From positions 64,001-128,000 of the IMG/VR virus record IMGVR_UViG_3300037067_003400: DNA of 64,000 bases, one strand, 5' to 3'. The position numbers and the translations under genes were made by a program. Numbering within the stretch: the first letter of the stretch is position 1; each line of letters begins with the position of its first letter. Positions 20,891 through 28,716 of this stretch are shown here, in pieces. Source of the stretch: a virus. Lineage: Duplodnaviria; Caudoviricetes. A model generated the notes under the pieces. That model saw only the letters and a list, made by a program, of their open reading frames with translations. It searched no databases and was not told where the DNA came from.

Positions 20891-20950
20891 GGGGAGATAG
20901 TTCAGTGGTAGAACTTCTAGAGAACGTGGGTTCAATCCCTACTCTCCCCG
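20891..20950 (+). ncRNA. tRNA-like element B with anticodon arm reduced to about 10 nt
   Basis: GGGGAGA/TCTCCCC acceptor; D arm GTTC-AGTGGTA-GAAC; T arm GTGGG-TTCAATC-CCTAC; only TTCTAGAGAAC between the D and T arms. Confidence 0.8.
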
Positions 20951-20956
20951 TCGTAT

Positions 20957-21033
20957 GGGAAGATAGTTTAATTGGTAAAGCACTCGGGAATGAACACCTG
21001 AGGATGGCTGTTCGAGGCAGTCTCTTCCCACCA
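20957..21033 (+). tRNA. tRNA-like element C with non-canonical 8-nt anticodon loop (undetermined, possibly Phe-derived)
   Basis: GGGAAGA/TCTTCCC + ACCA; D loop AATTGGTA; CTCGGG-AATGAACA-CCTGAG; T arm GGCTG-TTCGAGG-CAGTC. Confidence 0.7.
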
Positions 21034-21055
21034 GTAGAATAAAAGTTTTTAAGAT

Positions 21056-21131
21056 GTGTCGATAGCTCAAATAGTAGAGCACCAGGTTGTGGCCCTGGAG
21101 GCTATGGAAGCATACTCCATTCGATACCCCA
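21056..21131 (+). tRNA. tRNA-His(GTG), atypical elbow
   Basis: GTGTCGA/TCGATAC, C73 + CCA; CCAGG-TTGTGGC-CCTGG; T loop AGCATAC; D loop lacks GG; T rather than G at -1. Confidence 0.8.
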
Positions 21132-21214
21132 TTGAACCTATCTACCATGTGTAGAAAAGGTACACACACCAGTGTATAAGGAATAAGCCCCCTTTCTGTT
21201 GTGTGCTTAAGACA

Positions 21215-21273
21215 TTGAGGCCGGATGTTATGGATTATCGGCTAAATTAACCATAGCAATTAGTTTGTCTCAA
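21215..21273 (+). ncRNA. Y RNA-like gene 4 (minimal)
   Basis: TTGAGGC-C-GGA pairs with TTT-GTCTCAA; TGTTATGG/CCATAGCA; TTATC; 11-nt loop. Confidence 0.82.
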
Positions 21274-21340
21274 GAAGATACGTAGAAAGGTATAGCCTTT
21301 CTGAAGCAACCCACCAGAGGATAGGTAGCTATCCTCACCT

Positions 21341-21379
21341 TGAGGTCTTTGTAGTAATATGAAGACCTCATAAATTTTT
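21341..21379 (+). terminator. terminator-like hairpin upstream of the Ro60 gene
   Basis: TGAGGTCTTTGTA-GTAA-TATGAAGACCTCA followed by TAAATTTTT. Confidence 0.55.
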
Positions 21380-21402
21380 GTCTCTATAATTAGGAGGACG
21401 GT

Positions 21403-22998
21403 ATGAAATACACAGATCATTTTGGATTTAAAAAGACCCCACAGTCTGAGCCTATACCATTTTCTAATATGGTAGCTAACTCAGCTGGGGGTTTTTCTTT
21501 CGCCATAGATAAGTGGGTATCTCTTCGGAGATTTCTTATTCTTGGTGCGGAAGGTGGAACGTATTACATTTCAGAGAAGAAGCTTACAGTTGATAATGCT
21601 AAGTCAGCTTTAGCTTGCTTAACTGAAGATGGTAAGAAAACTTTAGATATGGTAAAGGAAGTAAGTGTAGGTGGTAAGGCTCCAAAGAATACTCCTGCTA
21701 TATTTGTTTTAGCTATGGCTATGTCACTACCTGGTGATCAGTTCATAGCTATTAGACAATACGCCGGAGAAATATTCCCAGAAGTTTGTAGAATTCCTAC
21801 ACATGTATTTACTTTTGCTGAATATATGGAAGCTTTCAGAGGTTGGGGTAGGGTAGCTAAGAGATCAGTTGCTAACTGGTATATTAACAAGACTCCCAAT
21901 GATTTACTTTATCATGCTACTAAGTATAAACAAAGAGACGGTTGGAGTAATAGAGACCTTCTTAGATTATCACATCCTAAGTTTACTGGAGAAGCTAATG
22001 AAATTGCTAAGTATATAGTCTCTGGGAAGATTCCTTCCGACGACTGTTCCCTTAGTGAGCATATCCAGATTTTAGAAGAACTTGAGAACTATGACATATC
22101 TAAAGTAGCTGATAGCATAGTTAGGTTTAACCTTCCAAGAGAAGTAATACCTACTAAGTATTTGAAGGAGAAAGTTATTTGGGATGCCTTACTTTATAAT
22201 GGTATGCCAATGACTGCTATGCTTAGGAATCTTGGTAACATGAGTTCTTATGGTGTCTTTGATACAGAGGCTAATGTTACACGTGTATTAGAAGCATTCT
22301 CAAATAGAGAGAGCTTAAAGAAAGCTCGTATACATCCTATATCTATACTTGCTGCCCTAATGACGTATAGCGAAGGTTCTGGAATAAGAGGTAGTAATAC
22401 CTGGGTGCCTAATGAAGATATAGTTGAAGTATTGAATGAAGCTTTCTATAAAAGCTTTGATTTTGTAGAATCTTCTAATAAAAATATTATGATAGGTATG
22501 GATATTTCTGCATCTATGACTTGGAGCGATGTGTCTGGTATTCCAAACCTTACCCCAAGAGTAGCAGCTGCAGCAATGGCTATGGTTACTGCAAAGACTG
22601 AGCCTAATACTTACGTTAGAGCTTTTAGTGATGAGCTTATCCCTATTACTATGCTTCCTAATGATAAGATTGAGTATATGACTGCAAGGATAGAGAAAAT
22701 GCGTGCTGGTAGTACTGATTGCTCTTTACCAATGTTAACAGCCAAAGTTGAGAAGTTAGATGTAGATGCTTTTGTTGTGTACACAGACTCAGAAACTTGG
22801 TGCGGTAGAACTCACCCAGTACAGGCATTGGAACAGTATGAGAAGTTCATAGGTCATCCTGCTAAGCTTATAGTAGTTGGTATGGTAGCTAATGAATTTA
22901 GTATAGCAGACTCAAGTAAGGCTAACATGTTAGACGTAGTAGGCTTTGATACCTCTGCTCCAAGTGTTATCTCGGAGTTTATAGCAGGAAAGATATAA
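21403..22998 (+). CDS. rsr: Ro60/Rsr TROVE-domain RNA-binding protein with vWA domain
   Basis: NSAGG, LRRFLILGAEGGTYY, KYKQRDGWSNRDLLRLSHPK, MPMTAMLRNLG, RIHP, MIDAS DISASM, TDCSLPM, YTDSET, LDVVGFD. Confidence 0.96.
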   Translation: MKYTDHFGFKKTPQSEPIPFSNMVANSAGGFSFAIDKWVSLRRFLILGAEGGTYYISEKKLTVDNAKSALACLTEDGKKTLDMVKEVSVGGKAPKNTPAIFVLAMAMSLPGDQFIAIRQYAGEIFPEVCRIPTHVFTFAEYMEAFRGWGRVAKRSVANWYINKTPNDLLYHATKYKQRDGWSNRDLLRLSHPKFTGEANEIAKYIVSGKIPSDDCSLSEHIQILEELENYDISKVADSIVRFNLPREVIPTKYLKEKVIWDALLYNGMPMTAMLRNLGNMSSYGVFDTEANVTRVLEAFSNRESLKKARIHPISILAALMTYSEGSGIRGSNTWVPNEDIVEVLNEAFYKSFDFVESSNKNIMIGMDISASMTWSDVSGIPNLTPRVAAAAMAMVTAKTEPNTYVRAFSDELIPITMLPNDKIEYMTARIEKMRAGSTDCSLPMLTAKVEKLDVDAFVVYTDSETWCGRTHPVQALEQYEKFIGHPAKLIVVGMVANEFSIADSSKANMLDVVGFDTSAPSVISEFIAGKI

Positions 22999-23638
22999 TG
23001 TTTCTAATTACAGTTATAAATCAGGATTATGATGACTATGAAACATACTGCTCACTACAAACGATAGTAGCTACAAAAGAAGAAATGGAAGCTACTCTAT
23101 CTAAATTTGTACTGGAGCATTGGGAGTTTTATGCTGGAGACGATGACAATATGGATGAGCATACTGATCCAGAAGACTTGTTCTGGGATAATTCAAATTA
23201 CTGGTACTGCATAACTGAAGTTCCAGGTAAGATTGTGTTACCTACTAAGTACGAATAGATTACTGCATAGTCTACTCATACGTAGACTATGTCTAATTTA
23301 TGTTTAAATTGTAACGAGGAAAGTAATGAGAACTCAAAGTAAATTTTACTGTAGTTATTTAGAAGCCAGTGATTTTTCTACTGCCCATGGTTTCTTTGAA
23401 CAGTTTGCTATATGTCATAGGTTGACACAGCAATTGTTAAATGTAGAAAGTATATCACCTATTACTAAGTATAGTAAACGAGATGGATATTTACTAATGG
23501 ATGTTGAACTTGGTTCAACCAGAGAGTTCGCTAATATGTTCTTTGAATTGTTTTGGACTAAGTTCTTTTATTACTTAGTCGATCAGGTAGATGAGTGTAA
23601 GATTTGTATGAGGTTTAACTGGAAAGGCAGTAAGAGTA

Positions 23639-26600
23639 ATGAGTAATTCATACACCTTTGATGAGGTGTTTGAGGCAACCAAGAATTATTTTGGTGGTGA
23701 TGATTTAGCAGCAGCTACCTTCTTTAAGTATGTTCTTTGTGATGATGAAGATGTATACTATGAGAAGACACCTGAAGATGCTATTAATAGATATGCAAAA
23801 GAGATTCATAGAATAGATTGTAAATATCCAAAGCCTATAGGCTATGGTGACATGATTTATTTGTTAGACCATTATAAAAGAGTTATACTGGGTGGCTCCC
23901 CTATGGCAGGGATAGGTAACGACTTTTCAAGGATGTCGTTATCGAATTGTGTAGTGGCTCCTTCTCCAGAAGATAATATCTCTTCTATATTTGATGTAGC
24001 TAAGATGTTAGCAATCTTCTTTAGTAGAAGAATGGGTGCAGGTTTAAACTTATCTACATTACGCCCGGCAGGTGATGCTGTTAGTAATGCAGCTAAGACT
24101 ACTACTGGAGCCTGGAGCTTTGCAAGTCTATATAGTTTTGTCTGTAGATTGATAGGACAAAATAATAGACGTGGTGCCCTTATGTTAACTATGTTAGTCA
24201 GCCACCCAGATATAGAAAAGTTTATTACAATGAAGCGTAACCTTACTGATGTAACTGGTGCCAATATATCAGTTCTTATAACTGATGACTTTATGACAGC
24301 AGTAGAAGAGGATGGTGATTGGGATTTAGTATTCAATGGTAAGGTGCGTAGAACAGTAAAGGCTGTTGATATATGGAACTTGATTATAGAGAATGCTACT
24401 GCTGCTGCTGAGCCTGGTGTATTGTTCTGGGATACATATAAAAAATACAATCCTTTAAATGAATATCCTGGCTTTAAGATGATTTCTACCAATCCTTGTC
24501 AGCCTGGGTTTGCATACTTACAAGGAGCAGAGAATCTTATTACTATGTATGATGTGAAAGTTGGGGATGAAATATGGAGTCCTATCCCTGGTACTAAAAA
24601 TGCTGGGCAGTTTTCAAAAGTGGTAAGGAAGGTTTCTTCTGGTATAAAGGATGTCTATAGGTATAGAACTACCTTTGGGGAATTTATAGGTACTGAAGAC
24701 CATAAGGTTTATGATGGTGGTAGTAAAGTAAAAGCTAAAGATGCTATGTGTTTAGACAGAGCTGTCTTTGGTGGAACAGTGTTTAATAATCATCAGTTGT
24801 TGAATCCTGAGTATATAATGTATGGATTATTGTTAGGAGATGGCTCTGTTCATAAGGCTTCTAACAACAAAGTCATACTATATATAGGTGATGAAGACCA
24901 GGACTACTTCAATGATTTAGATATAAAACACTTAATAGTTGGTAAGACAGGCATAGGTGAAAAAGCGTATGCTGTTGATTCTAATATCTCTCCAGAGGTA
25001 TTAGTTAGAACTTATGACAGAAGTATACCTAAAGAATTTATGGTTGCTGATAAAGTTAAGGTTCGTAGTTTACTAAGAGGTATCTACTCAGCTAATGGTT
25101 CTATTATTAATGGTAAAGGGAAACGTATATCTCTTAAGTCAGCAAGTTTAGATATGATAACTGATGTTCAGTTATTGTTATCTTCTCTTGGTATTAGTTC
25201 TTATTATACTACTAATAAAGAATCTACAGTTCTGTTTCCTAATGGTGAGTACGTATGTAAACAGTCTTATGATTTAAATATAACTACTGATATGAATAAG
25301 TTCTTTGCTTTGATAGGATTTATCCAACACTATAAGATGTGTGCATTAGTAGATGTTATAGAAAATAAAAAGAAAGCTTCTAAGATTAGAGGAACGCAAG
25401 AGCGTATAGTTTCTATAGAGTATCTTGGTAAGCATGAGGTATTTGATATAACAGTAGACTCTGATTATCATACCTATCTTACGGGTGGAAGCGTTGTAGG
25501 AAACTGTGGTGAGCTCGGGCTTTCTGGAAATGCAGGCTGTATGCTCTCGTCTATTAACCTGAGAGGGTTTGTATTGAATCCTTATACTCCAGAAGCTACA
25601 TTTGATGCTGAGGGTTTTGAGAGTGCAGTACGAAAAACCATTAGGATGATGGATGATATGATAGACCTTGAGCTTGAGGCTTTGGATAAAGTAATAGCTA
25701 AAGCTGATACTCAAGATGTAAAGGATATCTTTAAGTTAGTTCAAGATGTATTTGTAAAGGGTAGACGTATAGGCTTAGGTACTACTGCTTTAGCTGATTG
25801 TCTTATTGCTCTGGGAATCTCTTACGGCTCTGAAGATTCAAAGGATACAATAGATTATATCTATTCGATGTTAGAGTACTTTGCTTATGATGAGAGTGTT
25901 AACTTAGCTATAGAGCGTGGACCATTCCCTATCTTTGATTGGAATACTGAAAAGGATAACCTATTTATAGTTGGGCTACCTTTAGAACTACGAGAAAAGA
26001 TTAAGAAGTATGGTAGAAGACATGGTGCATTGTTAACTAATGCTCCTGTTGGTAGTGGAAGTATCTTAGGGCAGTGTTCCTCTGGGATAGAACCTGTGTT
26101 TGATTTATACTACACACGTAGGAAGAAACTCACAGGAGATATAACATCAGAGAGAGTAGATTATACTGATGCCAATGGAGATAAGTGGCAGTTCTTTACA
26201 GTGGTGCATCCTGAAGTTATGTGTTACATGCGTAACGAGGGTATAGCTACTGCTGGATTAGATAGAATAGCTACAGAGTCTCTACTCATAGATGATTTAC
26301 CTGCTGATTTTATAGAGGCGGTAAAAGAACTCCCAGATTATTTTGTTACTTCTTCTGGTATAAAGTGGGAAGATAGAGTAGAGATACAAGCTATCATAAC
26401 TTCACACTTAGACCACAATTGTAGCAGTACTGTCAATTTACCTGAGGGAACTACTCCTGAAGTAGTTAGTGGTATATATAAGACAGCCTGGAAGTCTGGA
26501 TGTAAAGGTATTACCGTTTATGTACAAGGTAGTAGAGATGGTGTGTTGGTTTCAGCAAGTCCTTGTGCCAAGACTTTAGATGAATGGTATGATAGACCTG

Positions 26601-27133
26601 AAGCTTTATTCTGTGAGGTTCATTATATAGAAGCTACTTTTGATAAGGTAAGAAAGCCTTATGCAGTTATAGTATCCTTTAAAGATGATATACCTTTTGA
26701 AATATTTGGTGGTGAATACTCAGCGGAAGAGGTGTCTTCCCAGTTTCCTCCGTATGTAAATGATAAAGTAATGAGTGGATTGATTACTAAGAAAGAGCTG
26801 GCTGCTGGAGCTAAGTATACATTAACCATAGAGGGTAATGGAGTTATACAGAACTTAGGTGGAGAGTTCCATTACGGACAGACAGCTACTATCAATAGGG
26901 TTATGTCTCTTTGCTTGCGTAGTAGACCAGATAACCTTATTCATTTGATAAAGCAGATTTCTAAAGACAGAAACTATGCTGGATATATGAAAGCTGTAGG
27001 TAGAGTACTAAAGAAATATATCCCAGATGGTACAAGTTCAAGATTAACCTGTCCTCAGTGTGGGCAGAAGACCTTACGATATGAGGGTGGTTGCACAGTG
27101 TGTCAGTCGTGTGGATATAGTGGATGTAGCTAA
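23639..27133 (+). CDS. nrdJ: class II (B12-dependent) ribonucleotide reductase with intein
   Basis: SLSNC, RRGALM, HPDIEKFI, GANISV, AEPG, TNP|intein|CGE, RRIGLG, APVGS...SSGIEP, SSTVNLP, GCKGITVY, C-terminal Zn ribbon; no NrdB in the window. Confidence 0.93.
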   Translation: MSNSYTFDEVFEATKNYFGGDDLAAATFFKYVLCDDEDVYYEKTPEDAINRYAKEIHRIDCKYPKPIGYGDMIYLLDHYKRVILGGSPMAGIGNDFSRMSLSNCVVAPSPEDNISSIFDVAKMLAIFFSRRMGAGLNLSTLRPAGDAVSNAAKTTTGAWSFASLYSFVCRLIGQNNRRGALMLTMLVSHPDIEKFITMKRNLTDVTGANISVLITDDFMTAVEEDGDWDLVFNGKVRRTVKAVDIWNLIIENATAAAEPGVLFWDTYKKYNPLNEYPGFKMISTNPCQPGFAYLQGAENLITMYDVKVGDEIWSPIPGTKNAGQFSKVVRKVSSGIKDVYRYRTTFGEFIGTEDHKVYDGGSKVKAKDAMCLDRAVFGGTVFNNHQLLNPEYIMYGLLLGDGSVHKASNNKVILYIGDEDQDYFNDLDIKHLIVGKTGIGEKAYAVDSNISPEVLVRTYDRSIPKEFMVADKVKVRSLLRGIYSANGSIINGKGKRISLKSASLDMITDVQLLLSSLGISSYYTTNKESTVLFPNGEYVCKQSYDLNITTDMNKFFALIGFIQHYKMCALVDVIENKKKASKIRGTQERIVSIEYLGKHEVFDITVDSDYHTYLTGGSVVGNCGELGLSGNAGCMLSSINLRGFVLNPYTPEATFDAEGFESAVRKTIRMMDDMIDLELEALDKVIAKADTQDVKDIFKLVQDVFVKGRRIGLGTTALADCLIALGISYGSEDSKDTIDYIYSMLEYFAYDESVNLAIERGPFPIFDWNTEKDNLFIVGLPLELREKIKKYGRRHGALLTNAPVGSGSILGQCSSGIEPVFDLYYTRRKKLTGDITSERVDYTDANGDKWQFFTVVHPEVMCYMRNEGIATAGLDRIATESLLIDDLPADFIEAVKELPDYFVTSSGIKWEDRVEIQAIITSHLDHNCSSTVNLPEGTTPEVVSGIYKTAWKSGCKGITVYVQGSRDGVLVSASPCAKTLDEWYDRPEALFCEVHYIEATFDKVRKPYAVIVSFKDDIPFEIFGGEYSAEEVSSQFPPYVNDKVMSGLITKKELAAGAKYTLTIEGNGVIQNLGGEFHYGQTATINRVMSLCLRSRPDNLIHLIKQISKDRNYAGYMKAVGRVLKKYIPDGTSSRLTCPQCGQKTLRYEGGCTVCQSCGYSGCS
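24497..25504 (+). mobile_element. intein (336 aa) with LAGLIDADG homing endonuclease in nrdJ
   Basis: Begins CQPGF after TNP; TEDH block B; GLLLGDG and LRGIYSANG; VFDITV...VVGN|C. Confidence 0.93.
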
Positions 27134-27215
27134 GTTCCCATAATTGGCAATGGCCCTGACTGTTAATCAGAGTGCCCGAAAGGGGATATAGGTTCGAGTC
27201 CTATCTTAGCTGCCA
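27128..27215 (+). tRNA. tRNA-Asn(GTT) with long class II variable arm, overlapping the nrdJ stop codon
   Basis: AGCTAAG/CTTAGCT + GCCA; CTGA-CTGTTAA-TCAG; variable arm GTGCCCGAAAGGGGAT; ATAGG-TTCGAGT-CCTAT. Confidence 0.85.
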
Positions 27216-27263
27216 AATTTTAAGGGAGGGGTTTCCCCCCTCCCGATTATGTGTGAGGATTAC

Positions 27264-27998
27264 ATGATAATATTTGCTAAAGAGAAGAGTGATACTATCG
27301 TAGATATTATAACTGGTAAGAATACAGTTGTTACACTTGTGGATACCTATAGACATATCACTCCTTCTTATGGAAGTACTTTTTTGAAAGTTATAATGTA
27401 TGAGTTCTTTCCTACTGTAGGACATTGGTTTGTTTGGGTTACTGCGTCTGGGATTTTTGGTAACTCATTCTTAGAAGGGTTAGCTGGACCATTACCCAAG
27501 ACATTTGATTATTACTATCCTATTCTTAGAAGCTTACATCCTTTTTTAAATGATATAGAAGGAACTGTTAGGTTTGAGGATCCATATTACGGTGGGTATT
27601 CATTAGATAAAAAATGTTATCTTTATAGTATACGTACTGGATCATATTCGGACCATAGATTTGTTACAAAGGTACGTAGTTCTGATGATAAATTAAAGTA
27701 TATAAATCCATCATGTAAGAATTGGGAGACTCTTATTAGGGAGTACGATCTATATGATTTGTCTGCGAGTAGTTCGGAAGAACATATTTTTAGACAAAAG
27801 TTTAGTGAAGAAGTATTATTTAGTATTCCTACTAATTTTAAGCACCCTAATAGAAAATGTACTGAGTGCAAGAATTGTGAAAGTTGTAAGGATTGGGAAC
27901 AGAATTATGTAAGCCCACATGCTTTACTACTTAATGAATACTTAGCTGCATATTGTGGTAGCTTTGTCTGGGAGGCAGATAATGTTCGGCGTTTCTAA
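27264..27998 (+). CDS. hypothetical protein with C-terminal CxxCxxCxxC cluster, paralog 1
   Basis: YEFFPTVG, AGPLPKT, KCTECKNCESCKDW. Confidence 0.65.
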   Translation: MIIFAKEKSDTIVDIITGKNTVVTLVDTYRHITPSYGSTFLKVIMYEFFPTVGHWFVWVTASGIFGNSFLEGLAGPLPKTFDYYYPILRSLHPFLNDIEGTVRFEDPYYGGYSLDKKCYLYSIRTGSYSDHRFVTKVRSSDDKLKYINPSCKNWETLIREYDLYDLSASSSEEHIFRQKFSEEVLFSIPTNFKHPNRKCTECKNCESCKDWEQNYVSPHALLLNEYLAAYCGSFVWEADNVRRF

Positions 27999-28716
27999 GG
28001 AAAAGAATCAGTTAGCAATAGATACTATAATGGGTAAGTCTACAGACATACGCTTCACAGATAGGTTTCGTCATATAGATAGACCAGGGAGTGGTGAGCT
28101 TAGCATATACGCTTACGAGTTTTATCCAACCTTAGGAGTGTACTTTGCTTGGGTGTATGTTAATCATAGTTCAATATGCTGTGACGAAAGGATATTAGTA
28201 GGACCATTACCTAAGACACTTGAGTTATCATATCCAGTCTTTAGAAGTTTTGTTCCAGTAAGGCCTGGACATGGTATAGCTGGTATAGAAGTTAACGAAA
28301 CTACATTTGGAAAGTGGTATATTAAAGAGACTACTTCTATTATTAATATTAGGTATTGGATAGATGATTACGGCGGTGTACAGTTTAATTATAATACCAG
28401 AGCTACTCCATACCTTAATATAGGATGGGATACTGTTACAGCAGACGATATTCCTACCATATTTAAAAAAATGGAGAGAGATTTTAGTAAGTCTCAATCT
28501 TTCTTAAGTAATTTCTTGCATATGTTTCCTATGAAAGATGTGCTTACTGTAGCATCCCCCTTTAATGAGTTGCCTAATAGGTGTACCAGCTGTAAGCATT
28601 GTGCTGTCTGTAAAGACTGGGGACAATATAAGGATAGCTCTTATATGAGAGAGCTTAATAAGATGTGTGCCTGTTACTGTGTGATGTTTGAGGATAGCCA
28701 TGAAGATATTTTCTAA
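27982..28716 (+). CDS. hypothetical protein with C-terminal CxxCxxCxxC cluster, paralog 2
   Basis: YEFYPTLG, VGPLPKT, RCTSCKHCAVCKDW. Confidence 0.65.
   Translation: MFGVSKEKNQLAIDTIMGKSTDIRFTDRFRHIDRPGSGELSIYAYEFYPTLGVYFAWVYVNHSSICCDERILVGPLPKTLELSYPVFRSFVPVRPGHGIAGIEVNETTFGKWYIKETTSIINIRYWIDDYGGVQFNYNTRATPYLNIGWDTVTADDIPTIFKKMERDFSKSQSFLSNFLHMFPMKDVLTVASPFNELPNRCTSCKHCAVCKDWGQYKDSSYMRELNKMCACYCVMFEDSHEDIF

Noticed and set aside
20788-21169. ORFs 20788-21042 (+) and 20939-21169 (-)
   Set aside because: They overlap tRNA and tRNA-like elements, lack an RBS and look like spurious translations of structured RNA.
20496-21273. Repeated CCG...GGTTAYC motif as a CRISPR array
   Set aside because: Copies are not identical direct repeats, spacing is irregular, each folds by end-to-end pairing, and no cas operon is present; the Y RNA model fits better.
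23872-25714. Antisense ORFs within nrdJ and similar - strand ORFs before 61 kb
   Set aside because: They lie opposite well-supported + strand genes and have no recognisable motifs; likely shadow ORFs.
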